NCBI GenBank assembly: GCA_965222075.1
Contig: OZ244937.1
Span: forward strand, 2,016,001-2,080,000
Length of the DNA: 64,000 nt
Direction: 5' to 3'
DNA from: Candidatus Latescibacterota bacterium
Lineage (GTDB): Bacteria > Latescibacterota > UBA2968 > GCA-2709665
The notes under the pieces are model-generated. The model ran no database searches. It had not been told where the DNA came from and saw only the letters and a program-made list of their open reading frames with translations. The position numbers were made by a program, and so were the translations under genes. This document shows, one piece after another, positions 47,038 to 56,786 of the stretch; the stretch's first letter is position 1, and each line of letters begins with the position of its first letter.

Positions 47038-50000
47038 ACCGCGCCATTGCCTGGTTCGCCGAAAACAGTGTTGCCGCCAACCTGCTCATGGCCCTTATCC
47101 TGGGCGGCGGCCTGCTGACGGTCTCCAGCCTCACCATGGAAGTTTTTCCCGAGTTTTCTTCAGATGTGATCTCGGTCTCAATGATCTATCGCGGAGCCGC
47201 ACCCGAAGAGGTCGAGGAGGCCGTCTGCGTGCGCATCGAAGAAGCCATCCAGGGCCTGGAAGGCATCAAGCGCGTCAACTCCACGGCCTCCGAAAACGTG
47301 GGCACCGTCATGATTGAGATCGTCCCCGGCACGGATGCTCGAAAGCTCTTGGATGACGTCAAATCGAATATCAATGCGATCGAAACCTTTCCGGACGAAA
47401 CCGAAGAGCCCGTCATCAAGGAGATGGTCCGCCGCCGCCAGGTGATCAACCTGGCCGTCTCCGGAAACGCCGATGAAACGACCCTCAAATACCTGGGCGA
47501 ACAGGTCCGCGACGAAATCACCGCCCTGCCCGGTGTCACTCAGGTCGAGCTGAGCAATGCGCGCCCCTACGAAATCTCCATCGAAGTCTCCGAAGACGCC
47601 CTGAGGCGGTACGCGCTCACAATGGACGAAGTCGCCCGCGCTGTGCGTCGGTCCTCCCTGGACCTGCCCGGTGGCTCCATCAGGACAGACGGCGGAGAAA
47701 TCCTCCTGCGCACCAAGGGACAGGCCTACCGTGGCCCCGATTTTGAAAGCCTCGTCCTGCGCACCCGCCCCGACGGCACCACCCTCACCCTGGGCGATGT
47801 CACAACCGTGATGGACGGCTTTGCGGAAACCGACCAGTTTGCCCGGTTCAACGGCAAACCCACCGTCATTGTGCAGGTCTTCCGGGTGGGCAACCAGAAT
47901 GCCCTGGAAATCACGGAAAAGGTCAAAACCTACATCGCCGAGGCCCGCACCCGCATGCCCGAAGGCATTTCCCTCACCGTCTGGGCGGACTACTCGCGGG
48001 TGCTCGAAGGCCGCCTGGACCTGATGCTGCGCAACGGCCGCCTCGGTTTTATCCTGGTCTTCGTGATCCTGGCCCTCTTCCTCAGACTCCGCCTCGCCTT
48101 CTGGGTTGCTCTGGGCATTCCGATCTCTTTCTTCGGTGCCATCTGGTTGATGCCCGGCATGGGCGCCTCGATCAACGTCATCTCCCTCTTCGCCTTTATC
48201 GTCGTCCTGGGCATCGTGGTGGACGACGCCATTATCGTGGGCGAAAACGTCTACAGCCACTTCCAGCGGGGCAGCAGAGGCCTGCAGGCCGCTATCGAAG
48301 GGGCCCGGGAGGTCTCCGTACCGGTCACCTTCGCCGTCCTCACCTCCATCGCGGCTTTCTCTCCCCTCCTGATGGTCCCCGGGAACATGGGAAAAATCAT
48401 GAAGCTCATCCCCCAGATCGTCATCGCCACCCTCATCTTCTCCCTCATCGAGTCGCTGTTTATCCTCCCGGCCCATCTTGCCCATTCCAGGATGAACCAC
48501 GACGGCCCGTCAAAAAGGGGTGCCTGGTGGCAGCGCTTCCAGGACCGGTTTGCCTCCGGGCTGCGTCGGTTCATCGACGCATATTACCGTCCTGTGCTCG
48601 AATTCGCCCTGCGCTGGCGCTATCTCACCCTTTCCGTGGGAATCACCACGCTCTTCCTCACGGTGGGCCTGGTTTGGGGCGGCTGGATCCGGCTCGTCTT
48701 CTTTCCCGGTATCGACGCGGACAACGTCGTCGCCCTGCTGACCATGCCCCAGGGCACGCCGGTTGAAGTCACCGCCAGAACCGTCCGCCACCTGGAACGA
48801 ACAGCGATAGCGCTCCGGGAGAAACTCGAAGCAGAGAAAGACCGGAAGCTCTTCCAGCACATCCTGGCCTCCGTGGGCGAACAGCCCTTTCGGGCCGCCC
48901 AGAGACCGGGCCAGGGCCCAGGCGTCTCGGTTTCGGCCTCTCACCTGGGGGAAGTCAACATCGAGCTGGTCCCCTCCGAACGCCGGAACCTGGGCAGCGC
49001 CGAAATTGCCAAACACTGGCGTAAAATGACCGGGCCCATCCCCGACGTGGTGGAACTCACCTTCTCATCTTCCCTCTTCTCCGCGGGTGACGCCATCAAT
49101 GTCCAGCTCACCGGTCCCGATTACGTGGAACTGCGCCGGGCCGCGGAAAAACTCAAAGCGAAACTGAGCGAATACCCCGGCGTCACCGACATCGCCGACT
49201 CTTTCCGCCCTGGCAAGCAGGAAGTCAAACTCTCCCTCACCAAAGAGGCCAAAACCCTCGGCCTCACCCTGTTCGACCTGGCCCGGCAGGTCCGGCAGGC
49301 CTTCTATGGCGAAGAGGCCCAGCGCATCCAGCGCGGCCGGGCCGACATCCGGGTCATGGTCCGCTACCCCCCCGATGAACGGCGTTCGCTGGGCAACTTG
49401 GAAGACATGCGCATCCGCACGCCCGACGGCGGCGAAGTCCCCTTCTCCATAGCGGCCGAATCCGAACTCGGCCGCGGGTATGCCGCCATCCAGCGGACCG
49501 ACCGCCAGCGCATCGTCAACGTCACCGCCGACGTGGACCAGACCCGGGCCAATGCCAACGAAATCCTGGCCGATCTCACCGCCCGGGTCCTGCCCGAAAT
49601 GCTTGCCGACCACCCTCGCGTCCGCTACACCCTGGAAGGCGAACAGCGCGAACAGCGCGAAGCCCTGGGTGGACTCCAGAGCAGCTTCGGCATCGCGATC
49701 CTGATGATCTACATCCTGCTTGCCATCCCCTTCAAATCCTACCTCCAGCCTGTCATCATCATGGCCGCCATTCCCTTCGGCGTGGTCGGCGCCATCTGGG
49801 GGCACATCATCATGGGCATAGACCTCAGCATGCTCTCCCTCTTCGGCGTGGTCGCCTTAAGCGGCGTGGTCATCAATGACAGCCTGGTCATGGTCTCCTT
49901 CATCAACCAGGCCCGAACGCAGAAACTCAGCCTGGAAGGTGCCATACGGGAAGCGGGCGTCGCGCGCTTCCGCCCCATCCTGCTCACCTCCCTCACCACA

Positions 50001-50222
50001 TTTGCGGGCCTCTCGCCCCTCCTCTTGGAAAAAAGCCTCCAGGCCCAGCTCCTCATTCCCATGGCCGTCTCGCTGGGCTACGGCATCATCTTCGGCACCT
50101 TCATCACCCTGATGCTGGTCCCCGTCAGCTACGCCATCTTAGAGGACCTCAAAGCCCTGGGCGCGGGCCTCTTCAAACGACAGCGCGAGGATGCCGGACA
50201 GGATTTGGAGCAGGCGGCATAA
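47034..50222 (+). CDS. RND efflux permease subunit
   Basis: GIVVDDAIIVGEN, RFRPILLTSLTT, 1062 aa. Confidence 0.95.
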   Translation: MNRAIAWFAENSVAANLLMALILGGGLLTVSSLTMEVFPEFSSDVISVSMIYRGAAPEEVEEAVCVRIEEAIQGLEGIKRVNSTASENVGTVMIEIVPGTDARKLLDDVKSNINAIETFPDETEEPVIKEMVRRRQVINLAVSGNADETTLKYLGEQVRDEITALPGVTQVELSNARPYEISIEVSEDALRRYALTMDEVARAVRRSSLDLPGGSIRTDGGEILLRTKGQAYRGPDFESLVLRTRPDGTTLTLGDVTTVMDGFAETDQFARFNGKPTVIVQVFRVGNQNALEITEKVKTYIAEARTRMPEGISLTVWADYSRVLEGRLDLMLRNGRLGFILVFVILALFLRLRLAFWVALGIPISFFGAIWLMPGMGASINVISLFAFIVVLGIVVDDAIIVGENVYSHFQRGSRGLQAAIEGAREVSVPVTFAVLTSIAAFSPLLMVPGNMGKIMKLIPQIVIATLIFSLIESLFILPAHLAHSRMNHDGPSKRGAWWQRFQDRFASGLRRFIDAYYRPVLEFALRWRYLTLSVGITTLFLTVGLVWGGWIRLVFFPGIDADNVVALLTMPQGTPVEVTARTVRHLERTAIALREKLEAEKDRKLFQHILASVGEQPFRAAQRPGQGPGVSVSASHLGEVNIELVPSERRNLGSAEIAKHWRKMTGPIPDVVELTFSSSLFSAGDAINVQLTGPDYVELRRAAEKLKAKLSEYPGVTDIADSFRPGKQEVKLSLTKEAKTLGLTLFDLARQVRQAFYGEEAQRIQRGRADIRVMVRYPPDERRSLGNLEDMRIRTPDGGEVPFSIAAESELGRGYAAIQRTDRQRIVNVTADVDQTRANANEILADLTARVLPEMLADHPRVRYTLEGEQREQREALGGLQSSFGIAILMIYILLAIPFKSYLQPVIIMAAIPFGVVGAIWGHIIMGIDLSMLSLFGVVALSGVVINDSLVMVSFINQARTQKLSLEGAIREAGVARFRPILLTSLTTFAGLSPLLLEKSLQAQLLIPMAVSLGYGIIFGTFITLMLVPVSYAILEDLKALGAGLFKRQREDAGQDLEQAA

Positions 50223-50369
50223 CCGCCACCCCTCCATGCTTGCCACCGGAGCGGGGCGGTGATGGATGAATTTAACACCTTGCTGATATGCCCAACTTTA
50301 TTTATCTTTATCTTGAATAAGTATAGAGTTCACACGCGATGGCAGTACTGGCAAGGAGGCATCACCCCG

Positions 50370-51419
50370 ATGGCTATAGAAGCAGCAACGCTCCAGGAAA
50401 CCTTCGAAGAGATGGAGCGGAAACTCCACAGGATCGTCCCTGGTATAGAACTCCGTTACAAGGCGGAACTCGTCTACGAAATCAACCGCCTCAAAAAGGA
50501 GCGCGGGGCGATCATCCTGGGGCACAACTACATGGAACCGGCGCTCTTTCACACTGTTCCCGACGTGGTCGGCGACTCTTTGGAACTCAGCCGGAAGGCC
50601 GCGGAAACCGACTGCGATCCCATCGTCTTCTGCGGCGTCCGGTTCATGGCCGAAACGGCCAAAATCCTGAACCCGGACAAAACCGTTCTGCTGCCGGCCA
50701 AAGTGGCGGGCTGTTCTTTAGCCGCAAGCATCACCGCAGAAGACGTCCGCACCCTGCGAAAACGGTATCCCGGCGTCCCCGTCGTCACCTACATCAACAC
50801 CTATGCGGACGTCAAAGCCGAATGCGACATCTGCTGCACCTCCAGCAACGCGGCAAAAGTCGTGGCATCCTTAAATGGCGACGCGGTCATTTTCCTGCCC
50901 GATGAATACTTAGCGGCGAACGTCGCTCAAGAAACGGGCAAGCGGATCATCTTCCCCACCAAAGTCGGTCTGGACCAGCCTCAGAAGGGGCTGGAGTACG
51001 AAATGATCGGTTGGCACGGCAGGTGCGAAGTCCACGACAAATTCACCGTGGAAGACGTTGAAAACGTCCGCGCGCAGTTCCCCGGCGTGCTCGTGCTTGC
51101 CCATCCGGAGTGCAGCCCGGAAGTCGTCGCGGCCGCCAATTTCTCCAGCAGCACCTCAAAAATGACCCGATACGTCCGGGAGACCGACGCGCCCAGCTAC
51201 CTGCTCCTGACCGAGTGCAGCATGGGCGACAACATCATGGCCGAAAATCCCGAAAAGGAGATGGTCCGGCTCTGCAGCATCCGCTGCCCTCACATGAACG
51301 AAATCACCCTCGAAGACACCTTAAACGCCTTACAAAACGACGAACAGGTCATCGATATACCCGAAGAGATTCGCATTCGGGCCAAACGCGCCGTGGACCG
51401 GATGCTGGAAATCGGGTAA
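50370..51419 (+). CDS. nadA: Quinolinate synthase
   Basis: ILGHNY, GDSLELS, FCGVRFMAETAKILNP, GCSLA, CTSSNA, HPEC, CPHMN; start MAIEA after AAGGAGG. Confidence 0.96.
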   Translation: MAIEAATLQETFEEMERKLHRIVPGIELRYKAELVYEINRLKKERGAIILGHNYMEPALFHTVPDVVGDSLELSRKAAETDCDPIVFCGVRFMAETAKILNPDKTVLLPAKVAGCSLAASITAEDVRTLRKRYPGVPVVTYINTYADVKAECDICCTSSNAAKVVASLNGDAVIFLPDEYLAANVAQETGKRIIFPTKVGLDQPQKGLEYEMIGWHGRCEVHDKFTVEDVENVRAQFPGVLVLAHPECSPEVVAAANFSSSTSKMTRYVRETDAPSYLLLTECSMGDNIMAENPEKEMVRLCSIRCPHMNEITLEDTLNALQNDEQVIDIPEEIRIRAKRAVDRMLEIG

Positions 51420-51441
51420 AACGATGGGCAATAAACAAACG

Positions 51442-51472
51442 CAGGGGCGGGTTTTTAATCCGCCCCTGTTTT
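51442..51472 (+). terminator. Terminator or REP-like hairpin after nadA
   Basis: CAGGGGCGGGTT-TTT-AATCCGCCCCTG-TTTT. Confidence 0.65.
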
Positions 51473-51489
51473 CATAGGGAATCCAACAC

Positions 51490-52722
51490 ATGGCCCTGGA
51501 CATCTGGATGTTTATGGGAAAAATCGACGCTTTCGAAAACGAAGGCGCAGACGCCATCCTGGATCGCCTGCAGGGAGTCGGCATCAACACCCTCGTCCTG
51601 GGCGACCTCATCTTCGACGCGCAGCCGGCCTATCCGTTCACACCAAAACTTTATACCGACTGTGAAACCTCGCCCCCGGAAATGCCTCCGGAGAACGCTC
51701 CCCGGTTCGAGATCCTCAGGGAAGCCGTCCGGAAAGCAAAGGAACGGGGATTTGGAATCTACCTGCACGACTGGGGGCAGGGCGCGCCGGGGTGCATCAA
51801 CAACCCGGAAAAACTCCGCTACGGGCCGTCCAGAACCCGGGACGTGGTCCGGAGCCTGCCCCAGGTCGACGGCTTTATTTTAGACGGACCCGAATGGGGC
51901 TATGAAATCGCCCCGGAGCATCGCAGCGACCTGTTCCGGTGCGACTGCGACTGCTGCCGGGACAGGGCAGCCGCCTGGGGCTACGACTTCGACGCCCTCT
52001 TAGGCGCCCGTGACCGGTTGAAATCCCGCTTGCAGAACCTGGACCACCTGCCCAAAGGTCGACGGGAGCGGGGACTAATGGACGGGCTTGACCTCCTGAT
52101 CGGCGACCCGAACCTCTTCGACTGGTTCCGGTTTAAAACCGACTCGGTTGAGCGCTACGTCCGAACATTCGCCGAAACCGCCCGGCAACTGGACCCGCCC
52201 AGAGCCATGGCCTGCGGCCCCAGATTGCCGGCCTTTGCCCCCTTTACAGGTTACAACTTCCGGCGGCTGTCTGAAATCGTCGACTTCCAGTGCCCCAAGC
52301 TCTACTTCTGGCAGCACGGCATCGACGGCCTGAAAGGCACGCTCTACCGCTACGCCGAAACCCTCTGCGCCTGGAACCCGGGCCTCACCGAGCCCGAGGC
52401 CTTAGACCGCGTGCGGGAACTGTTCGCCCTGTGGGTGCCGGGCACATCCGGACTGGACGGCCTGAACGATCCCCTGCCGCCCGAATTTTTCCAGACCGTG
52501 GTCACGGCCGAAATCGCGAAAATTCGGGAACGCATCGGAGACATCGCCCGCATCCGCCCCTGGATGGGCCTGCACCACGGCGGAGTGAGAATGGACAGCG
52601 ACGAATTGGAACAACTGCTAAGCGTGATCGCAGCGGGCGGACTGGTCACCTTCATCTACTGGCACTACAGCGACATGACCGGGGCCGATTGGGAGGTGGT
52701 CAAAAGCATCACCGGGCAGTAG
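51490..52722 (+). CDS. Hypothetical protein, probable TIM barrel with a Cys cluster
   Basis: 410-aa ORF with host-like codon use; VDGFILDGPEWGYEI, CDCDCC. Confidence 0.7.
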   Translation: MALDIWMFMGKIDAFENEGADAILDRLQGVGINTLVLGDLIFDAQPAYPFTPKLYTDCETSPPEMPPENAPRFEILREAVRKAKERGFGIYLHDWGQGAPGCINNPEKLRYGPSRTRDVVRSLPQVDGFILDGPEWGYEIAPEHRSDLFRCDCDCCRDRAAAWGYDFDALLGARDRLKSRLQNLDHLPKGRRERGLMDGLDLLIGDPNLFDWFRFKTDSVERYVRTFAETARQLDPPRAMACGPRLPAFAPFTGYNFRRLSEIVDFQCPKLYFWQHGIDGLKGTLYRYAETLCAWNPGLTEPEALDRVRELFALWVPGTSGLDGLNDPLPPEFFQTVVTAEIAKIRERIGDIARIRPWMGLHHGGVRMDSDELEQLLSVIAAGGLVTFIYWHYSDMTGADWEVVKSITGQ

Positions 52723-52756
52723 CGCCCGGTGATGGAAAATGCAAAGGCCGAAAGAC

Positions 52757-52800
52757 GACGGACGACGGAAGTAGCGATATGCTTTCATCCGTGGTCCGTC
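52757..52800. repeat. Heptamer-based inverted repeat between convergent genes
   Basis: GACGGACGACGGA...TCCGTGGTCCGTC. Confidence 0.5.
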
Positions 52801-52807
52801 ATTTTCC

Positions 52808-54160
52808 TCACCCCACCTTGCTCTCCCCGGTCTCCCCGTCGAACACCTCCGTCTGGAACACCCGGTTCTGAAACCGCACGTACTCCGCCATCGCCATCGC
52901 AGGCTGGTAGTCCTTCAAAACCGCCTTCGCTTTTTCAGCCTTTCCGTAAAGCAGGTCCACCGCCGCCAGCGCTAAGGACTTGGCCGGCGAGACATACCCC
53001 ATCTCCTTATCCGAAATATGCCACTCGGCGCTGTGCCCAGGTCCGCTTGCTCCCGCCATATAGGGATGGATCGCAGGCATGAGATGCGACAGATCGCCCA
53101 TGTCGGTCGACCCCGTCCGGTGCCCGACCTCGCAATATTCGTCCACCCCGAACAACAACTCCGAATTTGTCTTGAAAACCTCCTGCAGCCCCGGATCGTT
53201 CCTCATTGGCATATACCCCGGAAGCGTCTCGATCTCCACCTTTGCCCCCAACGCCATCGCCCCTGCCCGAAGCGCCCGGTCCACCTTTTGATTGGCTTCT
53301 AAGATCGCCTCATTCGTCTTTCCCCGCACATAGGTCTCCATCCGCACCTCGGCCGGGACCACATTCACAATATCCCCGCCTTTGGTAATAATCGGGTGCA
53401 CCCGAATCGTATCTCGATCCCGAAACGTCTCTCGCTGAGCGTGAATAGCCGCTATGGCCACATGCGCCGCATTCAGCGCGTTAATCCCTTCATGCGGAGC
53501 GCCTCCGGCGTGGGCCGCCCGTCCCAGGAACCGGATCATCTTCACCACACACCCGTTGCAGGAAGGCGCCACCGCAACCTTCCTCATCTCCGGATCGCTG
53601 TGCGTATGAATCATCAACGCCATGTCGATATCGTCGAAACATCCCAGCCGGACCAGCTCGGACTTCCCTCCCAGAAAGCCCAGCCTCTCCTCCTTCACCA
53701 GCCCCAGCCGGTACTCCACCTCCACGTACTCCTCTGCCGGCACCGCAAAAAAGACCACCGTTCCGGCCAGCGCTTCGGCCGCCCGGCCGTCCACCATCCC
53801 CATCATCGCCCCCATCAGCCCTGCAATCTGCGCGTTGTGACCACACGCATGGGCCGCCCCCGTGTCGGCATCCGCCATTGGATGGTCCGACACAACCAGA
53901 GAATCCAGTTCCCCGATCAACGCCACCGTGGGCCCGGGCGCCTTCCCCTTCAGCACCCCCTTTACCCCCGTAATGGCAAGCCCCACCTCGTGGAAAATCC
54001 CGAACTCCTCCATCGTATTGGACACCAGCTTAGCCGTCTCAAACTCCTTGAATCCCGTCTCCGGGTGCGCCATAATATGATCGCCGATCCGTTCGATCTG
54101 CGCCTTCCGCCGATCGATCGCCTCACAGATTTTCTGTTTCAATTCCTTCTTCGTAGCCAT
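52808..54160 (-). CDS. M20 family amidohydrolase
   Basis: HPETGFKE, GELD, HACGHN, PAEE, GSTDMGD. Confidence 0.92.
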   Translation of the reverse strand: MATKKELKQKICEAIDRRKAQIERIGDHIMAHPETGFKEFETAKLVSNTMEEFGIFHEVGLAITGVKGVLKGKAPGPTVALIGELDSLVVSDHPMADADTGAAHACGHNAQIAGLMGAMMGMVDGRAAEALAGTVVFFAVPAEEYVEVEYRLGLVKEERLGFLGGKSELVRLGCFDDIDMALMIHTHSDPEMRKVAVAPSCNGCVVKMIRFLGRAAHAGGAPHEGINALNAAHVAIAAIHAQRETFRDRDTIRVHPIITKGGDIVNVVPAEVRMETYVRGKTNEAILEANQKVDRALRAGAMALGAKVEIETLPGYMPMRNDPGLQEVFKTNSELLFGVDEYCEVGHRTGSTDMGDLSHLMPAIHPYMAGASGPGHSAEWHISDKEMGYVSPAKSLALAAVDLLYGKAEKAKAVLKDYQPAMAMAEYVRFQNRVFQTEVFDGETGESKVG

Positions 54161-54170
54161 AAACCTCCCC

Positions 54171-55220
54171 TTACCTGATCTTCAGCAACAGCACGAGCAA
54201 AATCGGCGTTCCCACCGCCTGCAGCAGCATAAACCGCACCAGCACCTGAGTATTGGACCACCCGTCTCTCTGTCGGAAATGGTCGTGCAGCGGATAGCGC
54301 ACCGTCTTGAAAACCCCGATCTTGAAAAACCGGAGCAGCGCCACTTTCAACAGCCCCGTGGCTCCGTTCACCAGCACCACCCCCGCGACGACAAAAATCA
54401 GAAACGGGTTGCCACAGGCCAGCACGAGCATCCCCAACAGCAGCCCCACAGCACGAGACCCCGCATCCCCCATCATAACCGCACTTGGAAGGGCATTGTG
54501 CCACAGATACCCGGCCAGACACCCCACCATCAAAAACGCCAGCATGGCCCAGCCAGCGCCGTAGTCGTAGTACGGCACCAGCAAATAGTCGGCAATCACA
54601 CTGTGGCCTACAATCCCGTACAAAAATCCTCCCAGATAGAGGAAGGCCAGCGCACAGAGGCTTCCCGACAGCCCGTCCACTCCATCGGTGCAGTTCGTTG
54701 CATTAATCGCCAGCCAGATCAGCACGGCGCCGATTGGAACGAACACCGGTGGTGAAACAGCAATGGGAGTCTTGATGAGCGGCAGCCACAGCTCGAACGT
54801 ATCGAGTTGGCAGATCACCATCGCCGCCAGCAGGGAAATCCCCAGATCGATGGCTGCCATCCGGTACTCTCCCCACCCCTTCTCGCTTCTGTCGTCCATA
54901 AACCCCACGAGCATCGCCACCAAAATACACCCCAGCGCCTGCAAAAACCGCATCTCCAGCGGAAGAATGAGCAGACAGACCACCAGGTAGACCGGGATAA
55001 AAACAACCCCCGCGCCTGACGGCTTCCCCTGGCTCTGCTCCCCCTCAACCGCGTGGGCCCGCCCCCGGTCCATGGGAAGGCGCATCCAGAGCCGGGGCAG
55101 GAGCAGCCAGGTAAAAATCGTGGCCAGCGCCGTCCCCAGCCCCGCCAAAAAGAGATAGGAGGTCAGCAGCCGAAACGGCCCGTAGACCTCGGATAATTGA
55201 TGCCCCAGCCAGTAAAGCAC
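54171..55220 (-). CDS. mraY: Phospho-N-acetylmuramoyl-pentapeptide transferase (MraY family), outside a dcw cluster
   Basis: MLYWL start, GFMDD, NATNCTDGVDGL, MGDAGS, PLHDHF. Confidence 0.8.
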   Translation of the reverse strand: MLYWLGHQLSEVYGPFRLLTSYLFLAGLGTALATIFTWLLLPRLWMRLPMDRGRAHAVEGEQSQGKPSGAGVVFIPVYLVVCLLILPLEMRFLQALGCILVAMLVGFMDDRSEKGWGEYRMAAIDLGISLLAAMVICQLDTFELWLPLIKTPIAVSPPVFVPIGAVLIWLAINATNCTDGVDGLSGSLCALAFLYLGGFLYGIVGHSVIADYLLVPYYDYGAGWAMLAFLMVGCLAGYLWHNALPSAVMMGDAGSRAVGLLLGMLVLACGNPFLIFVVAGVVLVNGATGLLKVALLRFFKIGVFKTVRYPLHDHFRQRDGWSNTQVLVRFMLLQAVGTPILLVLLLKIR

Positions 55221-55370
55221 AACCTCCGTCCTTTCATTATTTTAAGGATAATGCGCCACAATCCTGCGCCCTTTCAAGAAATGTAATACCATCCCCCAAA
55301 AAGGGCAAGGAGAAACAGCGGCCTCGGAGGAGCACGGTGCCTCTTAGAATACGACATCCGGACAAAAGAC

Positions 55371-55399
55371 TTGACAATCCCCGGCTGACACCTTATTTT
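55371..55399 (+). promoter_or_regulatory. Sigma70-type promoter of the thrS-metG operon
   Basis: TTGACA-17 bp-TATTTT. Confidence 0.55.
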
Positions 55400-55433
55400 T
55401 TCCATGTCACGAACCGAAACTCCGGAGAATGCC

Positions 55434-55598
55434 ATGACGTCTGCTTTGTTTCAACAAAGCCCCCCCATCTTCAACCGGAGCGCCAAAGCCGCTCTAACAG
55501 GGGAGACGTCTACCCGGTCCACCGGCCATATGCATCACCATATAACCTTAACCACGTCGCATACCAGCCCCTCGGCGGTGGACCCCTCGGAGACCTGA
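55434..55598 (+). CDS. Thr-rich leader peptide (attenuator)
   Basis: GGAG RBS; 54 aa with 10 Thr, including ITLTTSHT; directly followed by a terminator and thrS. Confidence 0.65.
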   Translation: MTSALFQQSPPIFNRSAKAALTGETSTRSTGHMHHHITLTTSHTSPSAVDPSET

Positions 55599-55632
55599 TC
55601 CAACAAAAATCATAAACTTCCCACCTTTCTGA

Positions 55633-55663
55633 GCCCACTGCCAACCCGGCAGCGGGTTTTTTT
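55633..55663 (+). terminator. Attenuator terminator upstream of thrS
   Basis: GCCCACTGCC-AACCC-GGCAGCGGGT followed by a T-run; 5' arm can alternatively pair with GGCGGTGG at 55574-55581. Confidence 0.8.
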
Positions 55664-55849
55664 ATTTCGCCCTTTTCACAAGGAGAGCTTCAACAATGAA
55701 ATCTTTAAGAAAGACCAGCGAATTTACGCGCTTTGTCATCGTCGATACAGGTGGCAACGCATTCGACGTAACACCGGAGAACTTTGCACAATGCCCGATC
55801 TTTTTAAAATCCGAATCCGTGTATAACCTGTTGCGACAATTCGTCTCCA

Positions 55850-56452
55850 GTGAATCTCCCCGCCCAAAGGGCGGGGCTTCTAACTGCTAAAACCAAACAG
55901 ATCAAGCTGTTGAGGACCTTTCTTCTCTTGCCGATGATATCGGATATATTTCTTGATCACCTCAGAGGTCACTTTGTCGCCCACACTACGAGCAAAATAA
56001 CCATCTTCCCAGAACTCGCCACCCCATAGCTCTTTCTTGACTTCTGGGTGGTCTGGAAAAATCCGACTTGCAGAAATGCTCTTCAAAATACCAACTACCT
56101 TTGCTATCGAATAGCGGGGGGGAAACGACAAGAAAATGTGAACATGATCTTCTGCAATTTCCATCTCTTCAATCTCAAAATCGAAATCCTCAGCAATCTG
56201 ATAAAATAGCTCTCGAACATGGTCCCGAATATCGCCTCTCAGAATCCACTTCCGATATTTCGGTGCCCACACCAAGTGATACTGAGTATCGTAGACCGCA
56301 TGACTGGTTCGTCGGAGTCCCATCGTATGCCTCCTGAGTCGATATCTGCCTCAGTGGTCTGCATACGATAAGACAACATCTTAGCTTGCCTTCGGCAAGC
56401 AGAACTTTTCCTCCCCTTCCAAAGGAAGGGGTATCCAAGTTCAAAACCTTTC
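55850..56452 (-). mobile_element. IS200/IS605-family element (TnpA only), 603 bp
   Basis: Subterminal hairpins at both ends; inserted 3' of TCAT, ends in TCAC, no target duplication. Confidence 0.9.
55880..56323 (-). CDS. tnpA: Y1 HUH transposase
   Basis: YHLVWAPKYR, DHVHIF (HUH), FWEDGYF, KKYI catalytic Tyr. Confidence 0.95.
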   Translation of the reverse strand: MGLRRTSHAVYDTQYHLVWAPKYRKWILRGDIRDHVRELFYQIAEDFDFEIEEMEIAEDHVHIFLSFPPRYSIAKVVGILKSISASRIFPDHPEVKKELWGGEFWEDGYFARSVGDKVTSEVIKKYIRYHRQEKKGPQQLDLFGFSS

Positions 56453-56786
56453 ATGAACTGGCGCAGGGCGTGGGATCGGAAACGCCCCCCAAGCACATCG
56501 ATTACATGCGCCAGCACGAACTGGTGGACTACTGCGAAGTCTCCGAAAAAGGACACTACAAATGGTATCCCAACGGCGTAATGGTTCAAAAACTCATTCT
56601 GGATTATGCGTCTCGGCTGGCCCACGCGTGGGGCGCTGTTGAAATGAAAAATCCCATCGTCATCCGAGGAGACCACAACGTCGTGGGCGAATTGATGGGA
56701 GAATTTCACGAACGGGACTACCAGGTCGACGGCGGCAGGGGCGTCTGCTACCTCCGGTATGCGTCGGACCCCCTCGCCTTTCCCTT

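Noticed and set aside
50290-50335. AT-rich possible NAD-regulator operator upstream of nadA
   Set aside because: Palindrome too weak to assign to NrtR, NiaR or NadQ by eye.
55400-55690. T-box riboswitch upstream of thrS
   Set aside because: No AGGGTGGNACCGCG T-box consensus; a leader peptide fits better.
55850-56452. Possible IStron or self-splicing element rescuing thrS
   Set aside because: The 603 bp is almost fully taken by tnpA and its ends, lies antisense to thrS, and shows no group I intron core.
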